The position numbers and the translations under genes were made by a program. 64,000 nt of DNA. It comes from Eledone cirrhosa (taxonomy: Eukaryota). The notes under the pieces were generated by a model that was not told the DNA's origin, did no database searches, and worked only from the letters and a program-made list of their open reading frames with translations. Positions 39,043 to 50,797 of the stretch are shown here, piece by piece (the stretch's first letter is position 1; every line of letters starts with the position of its first letter). The stretch lies in assembly GCA_964016885.1 (NCBI GenBank), contig OZ024745.1, positions 122,698,001 through 122,762,000 on the forward strand, in the 5' to 3' direction.

Positions 39043-39331
39043 ATTGTTTCTACTTTTTGGCACAAGGCCAGCAATTACCCAGTGCATTACTGGTACTTTA
39101 TTTTATCGACCCTGTAAGGATGAAAGGCAAAGTCAACCTCAGCGGGATATGGATAACAATGAAGTTTATAAAAGTAGAGAACATTATAAATGTATGTAGA
39201 TCAGTAAATAATTGTTTCTACTTTTGACACAAGGCCAGCAAATACCCAGTGTATTACTGGTACTTTATTTTATCGACCCCCGTAAGGATGAAAAGCAAAG
39301 TTAACCTCGGCGGGATTTGAACTCAGATCGT
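39043..39331 (-). mobile_element. Two 5'-truncated family A SINEs
   Basis: First is bounded by TSD GGATATGGATAACAAT at 39029-39044 and 39146-39161. Confidence 0.85.
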
Positions 39332-39916
39332 AAATAACACAAGTGTGTTGCATTGTGAGAGGAAGTTTATTTGTTAGGTGGATAACTGTTGTAGAATGCA
39401 TTTCTATAATCTCAGTGATTATGGTAAATAGTATAGCAAAACAATTTGCTATTGCTAGGGCTTATGGGAGGGAAGTCCAGCTGGTACTTTGTTTTGGGGC
39501 CACACAGCAACTATGCAACATCCATTTTGAGAAATATCTTTGCTTGCTCTGGGCACCTTGTAAAATTTCTTTTGGAAGCCCTGTCTATTGCAGAGCAAAC
39601 CTATGCTTTGCTGAGTGACAATTTAAAAATACTTTCTGGCATTAAAAAGTAAATCTAGCTGTTATTGTGTAACATTGGCTATTTTGTTGTTATACATGAT
39701 CATCAATAATAGCAATAAATCCTAACATTCACAGAATGTGTGATAGTTTTACATCTAAATTATCCATGAGTAGTATTGTGTTTCTCTGGGAAGTATCTGC
39801 ATGATAATGGTTTTTTATTTACAAGATATTTTTCATATCTCTGTTCACAGAGAAGACGTATAGTATATAGATAATTAATGCCAGCATGGAAACGTGAACA
39901 TAAAACAAAGATGATG

Positions 39917-40102
39917 ATAATTGTTTCTACTTTTGGCACAAGGCCTGCAATTATCCCAGTGTATTACTGGTACTTTATTTTATCGACCCCGTAAGGATGA
40001 AAGGCAAAGTTAACCTCGGCGGGATATGAACTCAAACCATAAAGGGCTGTAACTCTTTGCTGCAAAGCATGGCGTCCAACCCTCTACCGATACTGCCAAT
40101 CC
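39917..40102 (-). mobile_element. Family A SINE
   Basis: Match to the family; CAA(A)GATGATGATAAT on both sides. Confidence 0.9.
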
Positions 40103-40315
40103 ATTGCCCTCAAAGATGATGATAATGACGATGATATAGTTGCCTCAATTTCTGTTCCAGCAGAACTCATGGTGAATGGTGAAAGAGCTTCAGGAGATTT
40201 GTGGTTGTTAAAGTCACCTAAGATGAGGATTTTAGAAAGTTGTGCTAAAAATAGTAGCCAAATATTTGACAAATCATATTCTACCCTCTTGAAAATGAAA
40301 GGAGATGTGTATTCC

Positions 40316-40638
40316 CAATTGGTTGCCAACATTTTGGACCTCATGGACCACTAAATTCATAACTTTAAATCCTGCGGACCTCTAATATGAATTAATGGTC
40401 AATGGTAAAAAAAATGATGAAGCGTACATGTTTCATATTGTTGATAGATGATACATATGTGTAAAATTCTTTCATGGATGTTAGTTCTTTACTGAAGAGA
40501 AACATTTTTAGGCGGAGGGTATAAAATATACTTTAACCGAATATTATTTTTGTTTTATTATCAATAAATGCAAATAATGTCCACATTTTTCTGGGGACCA
40601 CCAACATTTTCTCTTGGACCACAGGTTGGCAACCACTG
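40316..40638. mobile_element. hAT-like MITE, degenerate
   Basis: Ends CAATTGGTTGCCAAC / GTTGGCAACCACTG with subterminal GGACC repeats; TSD poorly preserved. Confidence 0.6.
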
Positions 40639-40661
40639 GTCTATGATACATTATACTTTAA

Positions 40662-40872
40662 CCCTTTAGTATTTACATTACACTATATTTACTATTATAT
40701 TTTTGTGGGAAAGGTTTAATTTGATATAAATATCTCACATAATATTGAATCTATGAGATTTTGATATTATTTATTTTGAGAACAAATCTTTAACAGCAGT
40801 ATGAGTGGCCAGTTTGAACAGAAAGAGATGAGAGAATTCTGGCCAGATACGACTGGTTTAAATGCTAAAGGG
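40662..40872 (-). mobile_element. Family B MITE
   Basis: TIRs and TTAA flanks. Confidence 0.9.
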
Positions 40873-41054
40873 TTAAATAAAGGCATGATGATTATGACTG
40901 GAATGCCTTTGATCATACACCTGCTCAATCAGGGCTGCTCAGGGGTAATAAACAACAACACTAACAAGTTCTGAGTGACAAGAATTGAAATACATGACTC
41001 CAATTCAAGATGAACTTTTGACAATTGGGTGGTAGGTATTGGGCAGTTAATTAT

Positions 41055-41495
41055 GTGGATTGGCAGTATCGGTAGAGGGTTGGACACTATGCTTTGCAGA
41101 ATAGAGTTACGGCCCTTTCATCAAGGTTAACTTTGCCTTTCATCCTTATGGGATCGATAAAATAAAGTACCAATTACGCATTGGGGTCGATTTAATTGAC
41201 TTTCCCTTCCCCCAAAATTGCTGGCTCAAGGCCAGCAATTGTGGGGGAAGGGAAAGTCGATTACATCTTGGGAGAAGGGAAAGAGAAACCATTATTATAC
41301 AAGGGTGGTGGATTGACAGTATCGGTAGAGAGTCGAACACCATGCTTTGAAGCATAGAGTTACGTCCCTTTATGATCTGAGTTCAAATCCAGGTGAGGTT
41401 AACTTTGCCTTTCAACATTACAGGGTCGATAAAATAAAGTACCAGTAATGTACTGGGTATTTGCTGGCCTTGTGCCAAAAGTATAAACAATTATT
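41055..41495 (+). mobile_element. Two tandem family A SINEs; the first has a local inverted duplication of its tail
   Basis: GACTTTCCCTTCCCCCAAAATTGCTGGC is followed by GCCAGCAATTGTGGGGGAAGGGAAAGTC. Confidence 0.85.
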
Positions 41496-42066
41496 ATTCT
41501 AGGGTTGGTGTAGTCTATTATACCTTGCTTCTACAACTTCCTCAACTTGAACTTGTGTCAATATCTAGTATTTTCATCATGCATGTGTATATAAAGTACA
41601 AGATGAATTAAAATAATAAAGTTGGTATCATTAACAGTAACACAGGTAAGAAAGAAATGAGTTGGTATAAAATAGTGTAAAAGTTAATGGATAGATTAGA
41701 TTTGGCAAGAATTTTAGAATTAAAAAGAAGAGAGAACTGTCAGCTATAATTGAGAGAATCTTCAATAAATTTCAAAACACTTTTTTGGTTTAATGGTGTT
41801 AATGTTGAAAGAAAGTATGCCATAATGATTTCAAAAGAAATGCATTTAGAGATGAAAGAGATACAAATCGGAAGGTAAAAATGCTAAGGTGTTAAGAGAA
41901 CGAAACTAAAAAAATGAGAGATCTGTCAATATCGTTTATTATTTTTCTATAAGCATAACTACTTCACCCCTCTCTCTGACTCTCTCTCTCTTTATATATA
42001 TATATATATGATGTCAAATGGTCAGGGTTTTACCTATCTCTATATATAAATACATATATGTATATA

Positions 42067-42097
<31 letters not shown>

Positions 42098-43859
42098 GGT
42101 GTCATACCAAAGGATTGGTGCAGCAGCATCATTGTCAACTGCTACAAAGGTAAAGGTGATGCACTAGATAAAGGAAACTATAGAGGTATAAAGCTGATGG
42201 ACCAGGTCATGAAAGTAACAGAAAGAGTTATAGCACAGTTGATTAGGGAACGGGTGAAACTAGATGAGATGCAATTTGGGTTTGTGCCAGGAAGAGACAC
42301 CACTGATGCCCTCTTCCTTGTGAGGTAGTTACAGGAAAAGTACCTAGCTAGAAGTAAGACACTCTACTTGGCATTCGTTGATCTTGAGAAAGCCTTTGAC
42401 AGAGTTCCACGTGCTGTAATCTGGTGGGCTCTTAGAAAACTAGCAGTAGATGAATGGCTTGTGAAAGCTGTACAAGCCATGTATAGAGGAGCAGTCAGCA
42501 AAGTTAGGATTAGCAATGAGTATAGCGAGGAATTTAGCGTACAGGTCGATGTCCACCAGGGCTCTGTTCTTAGCCCTCTCATGTTCATCATAGTCCTGCA
42601 GGCAATAACGGAAGAGTTTAAGACCAGATGCCCATGGGAACTCCTGTATGCAGATGACCTGGCACTTATAGCTGAATCTATAGTAGAATTAGAGAAGGAA
42701 TTCCAAACATGGAAGCAGGGACTAGAAAGAAAGAGTCTCAAAGTCAACCTGACAAAGACTAAGGTCCTTGTAAGTAGACGAGAAAACAGAACCCAGATCC
42801 CCTCAGGGAAATGGCCTTGCTCAGTATGTAGGAAAAATGTAGGTAGGAACTCCATTCTCTGCCCCAAATGCAAACAATGGGCACACAAGAGATGTAGTGG
42901 GATCTCAGGAAGCTTAACTAAGAATGTAGACTTCACATGTAGCAGCTGTGCTGGGACAGCAAGCAGCAAACAGCCACAGGAAACAAGTACCACCAAACTC
43001 TGGGAGGGCTCTGTAGAAACAGTAGACAGCTTCTGCTACCTAGGTGACCAAAATAGCAAAGAGATGGGTGTTTGGAGAGTACAATAACTAGGGTAAGAAC
43101 GGGATGGAAGAAGTTCAGGGAGCTACTGCCACTGCTGGCTGCAAAAGGCTTTTCCCTCAAAATGAAAGGCAGACTGTATGATGCGTGTATACGAACAGCA
43201 ATGTTACATGGTAGTGAGACCTGGGCGCTGTCTGTGGAAGACTTGCATAGATTAGAAAGAAACGAAGCCTGCATGTTCCGATGGATGTGTAATAGTAATA
43301 TACGTGAACGGCAAAACATAAATGAATTGAGAGAGAGACTGAGCATAAGAGGAATCAAATGCTGTGTGCAGGAGAGGCGGTTGCGTTAGTATGGACATGT
43401 GATGACAGCTGCATTAAAAGGTGCAGAGAACTAGAAGTCGATGGAAACCACGGAGTGGGGAGACCCAAGAAGACCTGGGATGAGGTGATAAAAGCCGACC
43501 TTCCCCAATTACACCTCTCAAAGGTGATGACACACAACCATGACCTCTGGCGTCACGCAGTAATACAGAAGACCCGACCCCCCACGGGTACAAGCCGAAG
43601 CTGAAGCATAAAGACAAAATGCCCCCACACCCTCCCACTGCAAAGTGGTTGTGGAGGTGTCACGGCAAAAAAGCACCCAGCCCACACTGTAAAGTGGACG
43701 TGTAGGCGCCACAGAAAAAAAGCACCCAGCACTCACTGTAAATAAGGTTGGTGTTAGGAAGGGCATCCAACTGTAGAAATTAAGCCAGAATTCATTCCCG
43801 TCCAACCCTTGCAAGCAGGGAAAAGTGGACGTAAAATGTTGATGATGATGACGATGATG
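42098..43859 (+). mobile_element. RTE-clade LINE, 5'-truncated and decayed; same family as 19691-21706
   Basis: Same RT motifs (NYRGIKL, FVDLEKAFDRV, HQGSVLSP, LLYADD, FCYLG, LHGSETW); in-frame stops; (ATG)n tail. Confidence 0.95.
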
Positions 43860-45011
43860 TTAGATAAATATAGGAAAGAACCTATAGACACCTTCAAGCA
43901 AACTAGGACTAAAATCATTGTCAGTAGTAATCTATAAAATATCTAATTCCTTAGATATCACATTCAATTTGAATAATCTAATATCCAAAAAGCATTGTCT
44001 CTGTGTATTTGTGACAAAGGTTCATGATTGGTTGAATATTTACTGACATACTCTCTCTCTCTTTCTCTCTCTGTCTTTATTTACTCTTATTCTCTATTTA
44101 CTCTTATTGTCAATATCATGACTTATATTAATAACACAACCTTAATAATATTATGAGTGTGTGTGTGTGTTAATGTGTGTGTGTGTGTGGGTATATATGT
44201 GTGTATGTGTGATCGTGTGTGTGTGTGTCTATCTATATGTAAGGGTGTAGGTGCAAAATAATTGACCTGAGGTCAAGAAAAGATTATCCTACCTCTTTCT
44301 TTCTCTTTGTAGATAAGCCATCTCTTGATTGTTATAAAACTATCAGACATCCCTCTGTTATCAAATGGCATCTACTAATTATTAAATGTAAATATCTAAT
44401 GTAAATATAATGCACTATATTCTAGAGTCAAGTTATTTCACAGAAATATCTAATCAAAATACTTTATTTTAAAAATTCTGAAAGTATGTAATGCAAATAT
44501 GACCTCAGATCTTAAAGGGCTATAATTGAATATTGCAAGACATTTAATCTACGCCTCCTCCTCTAATACCACCACCACTACCACCACCACCACCACCACT
44601 AACACCACCACTACAACCACCACTACCACCATCACCACCACCATCGTCTCATCATCGTTTAATGTTCATCTTCCAAGCTAGCATGAGTAGGACAGGTTGT
44701 CCCTTTGTGAGGGATCAGGTCCGGGGACCGTGAATTCACTCATACAGAACTGATTTTGGGTTGGTTTCTACAGCCGAATGCCTTTCCTAACGCCAACCAC
44801 ACACACATATATATATATAATAGAAAAAACGAGGAAGTTTCATTTACATATGAAAAATATTTATTGCATATCAACCTGCTACGTGCGTTTTGCAGGCGAT
44901 TGGCTCAAGGTGACCCAGAGCAGTTATGGACCCAACTCCAGTGTTGATCTGTCCCTCAGACTGGTGATGCGACAAAAGATATATAGTACTTCACCGTACT
45001 ATCAACACTAT

Positions 45012-45715
45012 TCTAGGGCGGGTAAAATTCCCGAGATCCATGGACGAGTTCACTCCAGCGGTCTCTGTCCCTCGTTATCGCTGCCATGTCCTGCGTCTCC
45101 AACAGACCAGTGTCTGTCCTTAGGTCATCAACATATGTTAACCTTGGTCTTCCTCTTCCAGTGTGTCCATGTAGGGGCTCCTACAGGAGCACTGAGTGCA
45201 ATGTCAACTCTGGATGTCGGTGAGCATGTCCAGCTAACCTCAGTCTCCTCTGTGTTGCTTTTGAGCTGACTTTTGGGAGGCTCCCATACAGCTCTGAGTT
45301 TTTCATCCTCAGTGTATACTGATTAATGTTCAGAGCCATCCTCAGCATTCTCGTGTAGCACCCATCCACCATCTGAGTGAGTTTCTTGGTCAGTGTCCAA
45401 GTCTCAGACCCGTACAGCAGCACAGACTTCACTACAGCAATGAAGAGGCGGATTTTCAGGTCTTTACAAAAACACCAACACCAAAGCCCAAGTCATTACA
45501 CCTGATGGGATGACAGAGTTTTTGAGATACTGGCTGGAGTGCTCCAGGGAGATACATTGGCTCCCTACCTTTTTATCATCGTAGTGGACTATTGTATGCG
45601 CCTTGCACTGGAGAAACACCAGGATTCTGGGTTTACTGTTGCACCGGCTCAGAGCAGGAGAGTTAAGGCGAAAAAGATATCGGATGCTGAGTTTGCCGAT
45701 GACATAGTTTTATCC
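45012..45715 (-). mobile_element. RTE-clade LINE with an inverted 5' segment
   Basis: 3' part on minus (SVLLYGSETW...RLAGHAHR, 45012-45465); upstream RT part on plus (GVLQGDTLAPYLF...FADDI, ~45466-45715); TSD ACTATC(A/C)ACACTAT. Confidence 0.88.
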
Positions 45716-45726
45716 ACTATCCACAC

Positions 45727-45759
<33 letters not shown>

Positions 45760-45820
45760 GCTAGGTTTCCTTACACTTTCTGTTTATCTGATTCACTTAA
45801 AATACTGTGGTTTGCCTTAA

Positions 45821-46041
45821 CCTTTTAGTATTTACATTTCGTTATATTTATTATTGTATTTTTATGGTAAACACTTTATCTCACTTAATTATCACACATA
45901 ATATCAAATCTATGAGATTTTGATATTATTTATTGTGTGAACAATACCTTAACATCAATATAAGCAGTCAGTTATGGCCAGTTTGAACAGAAAGAGATGA
46001 GAGAATTCTGGCCGGATATGGCTGGTTTAAATGCTAAAGGG
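45821..46041 (-). mobile_element. Family B MITE
   Basis: TIRs; TTAA and TTTA flanks. Confidence 0.85.
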
Positions 46042-46659
46042 TTTAGCATTAGTAGCAGACACCATCTCAATGTTGCCATGCTGTGGGATGGAACATGAAT
46101 CCATATGGTTGCAATGCAAACTTCTTAACAACATAGCCATGTTTGTGACTAAAGAGTTTACTCGATTCATTAAAAAGTACATTGTGTTATGAAGGTAAAC
46201 TGTGGCAAGATTTTATCTAGTGTAGGTATAATAATTATTTCTTTTATTATAATCAAGATTTCTAATAGCTGTATTATTGAACATTTGGAACATATTATTA
46301 GCATTATTAAATTACACCAACAGAAGAATATAAGAAACTCTGGAATAATTTCAGTATAGCCTTATCAATTCATCAAAGAATATAGGAAAAAGCATTTTTT
46401 TTAAAGCTTACATGGTGAATACTAGAGCTGTCTTTATTTTTACAATTGCATTGCTGAATTTGCAGTTTGTTGCAACAAGTAGTAATTCGCAGTAGATGCA
46501 GTTTCTCATGAAATGAATTGAATACAGTAAGTTAATAATAGTGGATTTCCAAGTCCATGTAACTATTGTGTAAATGATTGAGTATGTGTGCATGTGTGTG
46601 GCAGCCGAACATGTAAGTATTGTCATATGTTGATCCAAACATTACTTTTGATATCTAGT

Positions 46660-46945
46660 GCAGGCATGGCTGAGTGGTTAAGACATTCACTTCCCTGTCA
46701 TGAAGTCCTGGGTTCTATTCCATTGCCTGGCATCTGAGGAAAGTAGCTTTACCATAACCTTAGGTTGACTGAAGCCTAGTGAGTGAAATTTGGTAAGCAG
46801 AAACTGGATGGATTGAACTTGTACTTTCATGGTCCAGCCTTGTTACATGTATCTGTGGAATACTCAACCACTTACATGTTAATTCACAAGTCAGACATGC
46901 AGTTGATTGAATGACTGAATGCTCATCATTGAAACTGATGGCAGA
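46660..46945 (+). mobile_element. Diverged tRNA-derived SINE of another family
   Basis: A box TGGCTGAGTGG, B box GGTTCTATTCC; a related, internally duplicated copy lies at ~47175-47525. Confidence 0.65.
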
Positions 46946-46968
46946 TCTATCATTAATATCTAACACAG

Positions 46969-47157
46969 GGTGGTGGATTGGCAGTATCGGTAGAGGGTCG
47001 GGCCCCATGCTTAGCAGCAAAGAGTTACGGCCCTTTATGGTCTGAGTTCAAATCCTGCTGAGGTTAACTTTGCCTTTCATCCTTACGGGGTCGATAAAAT
47101 AAAGTACCAGTAATACACTGGGATAATTGCTGGCCTTGTACCAAAAGTAGAAACAAT
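46969..47157 (+). mobile_element. Family A SINE with 17-bp TSD
   Basis: TSD ATTAATATCTAACACAG at 46952-46968 and 47156-47172. Confidence 0.92.
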
Positions 47158-47761
47158 TAATATCTAACACAGATAGGGTTGAGTGGTTAAGGAGTTTGAT
47201 TTGCAATCAAGAAGCCCTAGACTTGATCCCACCCACTGTTTGGCATATTAGGTCTTTACCATAGCCTCAAGTTGACCCTTCTTTTGAGTGAAATTGGATT
47301 GCCAGAAGGGCTCATGTGTCTGTGGAATACTCAATCACTTACACATTAATCTCTGAGTCAGAGGTCATGACAATGATATTGGGTCTTTACCATAACCTCA
47401 AGTTGACCCTTTTTTAGGGTGAAATTGGATAGCCAGAAGGGCTCATGTGTCTGTGGAATGCTCAATCACTTAAACTTCCTGAGTCAGAGGCTCAGTTGAT
47501 CAGATGACAATGATATTCATCATTAATATATAATGAGCATGGAAAATAGCCTTAACCTTCTGGATGCTCCAGGTGCATTATGTCGCCGATACAGTACTCT
47601 CCCATTAATACATAATGCAGTGTCGAAGGGAAGCAATTCATAACTTCTAGCATGTTAAAGGTTAAGAAGTCCAATGACAGGCTTCATGCTTGTCATGGGG
47701 TAATGTTCTGTGGCTGAATGTCATTCCTGGTTCTAAACTATTTAGTGGCTTCGTATGATAC

Positions 47762-47809
<48 letters not shown>

Positions 47810-47814
47810 TGTGT

Positions 47815-48058
47815 TAGCACCACAAAATATCCAGCCCACACTGTAAAGTTGTCATATAAAAGACATGGCAAAAAGCACCCACCACACACTGTAAATGTGG
47901 TTGGTATTAGGAAGGGCATCCAACCATAGAAAACCCGCCAGAAACAGTCCTACATGAGCGAGATATGGTCACCCGACCCAACCTGTCTGTAAATGGGACA
48001 AACCCATGGAACCCACGCTAGCGTGGAAGATAAGCGTTAAACGATGATGATGATGATG
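47815..48058 (+). mobile_element. RTE-module 3' fragment with (ATG)n tail
   Basis: AAAAGCACCC...CACTGTAAA...AGGAAGGGCATCC...CCCACGCTAGCGTGGAAGAT. Confidence 0.75.
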
Positions 48059-48693
48059 TATGAAATGCAGAGATACAGTGTACCCTATTCTAAATTATAT
48101 ACACAAAATATCTATTACTATCTAATTTATTGATTAAGTTCACAAATTTTCATATATACATAAAGAGAATGAAAACTCAAAAAGCATTAATAGTTTCACA
48201 GGAAAATATGACAAACTACTTTATGGAATTTGTTGTGGCTCTCTGTGCACTAGGTTCGAATTCTGTGAATTTCAACTTAGTCATTTATCTTCACAAGGTC
48301 AATAAAATAAAGTATAGTCCATAGTGGTAGATTGGCAGATTTTTTAGAGTGTTAGTTTTTTTGTGTTTGGAGTCCAAATACCACTGTTGTTTACTTGGGT
48401 AGCAGATTTAATCTGTTGTCCATTTTAACACCACATAACCCTTCAAACCCTTTGGAAGCATTCAGTCCAAGTTTCTGCATTAAGGAATCTTTCCTTTGTT
48501 TTTGTTTTCTGCTGGTCACTGAGAACATCTTAATTATCAAGGGTATTATCCTTACGTCTCTGTCTCTGACTAAACAGTAAAAACAAAATTAATTAATTAA
48601 TTAATTAATTATGTTAGGTTTATTAAATTCATTACAAAGATATCAAAAGATTAAAATTAGAAATCAAACAATCTGATTTGCTGACAAGTTTAA

Positions 48694-49117
48694 CCCTTTA
48701 GCATTCAGTCCCTCTTTAGCATTTACATTACTCTATATATACTATTGTATTTTTAAGGTAAAGTCTTTACTTCACATAAATATCTCACATAATATCGAAT
48801 TTATGTGATTTTGATGTTATTCTTTTTTAGAACAATACCTTAACATCAGTATGAGTGGCCAGTTATGGCCAGTTTGAACAGAAAGAGGTGAGAGAGTTCT
48901 GGCCAGTTTAAATGCTAAGGGTTAAACCGGCTGTATCCGACCAGAATTCTCTCACCTCTTTCTGTTTAAACTGGCTGTAACCAACCACTCATACTGATGT
49001 TAAGGTATTGTTCTCAAAATAAATATCAAAATCTCATAGATTCGATATTATGTGAGATAAAGCCTTTACCATAAAAATACAATAGTATATATAGAGTAAT
49101 GTAAATGCTAAAAGGGG
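48694..49117. mobile_element. Head-to-head pair of family B MITEs
   Basis: Minus copy 48694-48921, TTAA, then a plus copy lacking its left TIR. Confidence 0.85.
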
Positions 49118-49659
49118 ACTGAATGCTTGCAACAGAGTGGACTCTGCTAAAAGCATTGAAAGGCTATGTTGTTTTAAACTGGGCAACAGATTAAATCTGC
49201 CATCCAAGTAACTAACAGTATTTGGACTCAAAACACAAAAAAACTTAAAGACTTAGTTCTTTACTCCTTTTGAAATAAAACTGCATGGAACCAAAAATGG
49301 TTCTCTGCTTCATTTTTGATATTTATTTGAAAACCTTCCATCACAATTCTATGTAAGAAACTATGTTAAGGTAAATTTCGAACATCACATAAATTATGAT
49401 TCCTACTTTAGATACAGAGTCAGTCATTTTGGGGGATGAGAAAGTTGATTAAATCAACCCCAGTGTTAAATCAACCCTTATCGAGCACAAAAGGATGAAA
49501 GGCAAAATTGACCATAGTAGGATTCAAACTCAAAATGTAAAGAGACAGAATAATACAAACACCACATAAATAATGAGAAAGTTTGTTATATTACTAAATT
49601 TCTGAAAATTCTTGATTACTTTCAAAATTATTTAAAAATCATAGATAGTGTCATTTATT

Positions 49660-50070
49660 AGAAATGGAGAGAAATGAAGCAAGCATGCTCCGATGGATGT
49701 GCAATGTCAATGTGTGTGAACGACTAAGCATAGACGAGTTGAGAGTGAAACTGTGTATAAGAGGGATTAAACTGTAGTGTGCAGGAGAGAAGACTGCGTT
49801 GGTATGGCCATTTGCTGTGCATGGAAGATGACCACTGGGTGAAGAAGTGCCAAGAAATCCCAGTGGAAGGAAGATGCAGTAGAGACGCACTAGAGGAAGA
49901 CCACGAAAAACATGGGTGGAGGTGGTGAGAGCTGACCTCAGATCGCTGAAGCTCACAGAGGAGATTACAAAGGACCGTGACGAATGGAGAGATGCTGTGC
50001 TGAAAAGGACCCGTCCCACCCTTGCAAGCAAGGAAAAGTGGACGTAAAATGATGATGATGATGATGATAG
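49660..50070 (+). mobile_element. RTE-clade LINE 3' end with short UTR
   Basis: ERNEASMLRWM...RLRWYGH...RGRPRKTW...DRDEWR runs straight into CCCGTCCCACCCTTGCAAGCAAGGAAAAGTGGACGTAAA(ATG)n. Confidence 0.85.
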
Positions 50071-50797
50071 TAATGAAAGTTAACAACATTTTACTTATGT
50101 ATTTAGTTCCTTAAACACTTTTATATTACGCTGATAATGAGGTGCTTTATGATCTAAGAAAACTGTTCTCATCTGCAATCCAGTATAGTTCTAACTTCTC
50201 CACTAATTGAAAGAAACAATTATGATAAATTGTTAACTCATGAATGAAAAGCTGACAACCTATGTCATGTTTTCTTTTATGTAAACGTGTATTTGCTCCA
50301 CTGGAAATTTCCTCTGAAAGGAAAATCCTATGGGAACCAATTAGTGGTTTACTGCATTTCTAAGGGAACTATTAATGAATGTTTGTATTATGATAGCTGA
50401 GACAATTCTGCCTACATCTTAATGAACATTTTTTTGTATTCTTGATGGTTGACTACCAGAATCTCCTGTCAAGTGTGTAGGACTTGGCATAAACTGTATG
50501 TGTGTGTATGCAATGGTAATGGTGGTACTAGACTCTGACCTACAATATCTTTGTCACTGTACTGACAACAAAGCTTTGATTTTCAATGGTCTATAGATTA
50601 TGTTCATTTTATAGAAGATTTTTGTTGTAGCAGCCTAATATATGTTGTTGATCGCAAGTATTTAACATTCTAACTGCCATGATCAGTAGAAAAATTTAGT
50701 TGAGTATACTTCATGGAGCATTTTTCCAGGCTAGACAAATATATGCATTGTTTTACTTGCACTTTATAGATGATGATCTATCCTTCTTGATCTAGTC

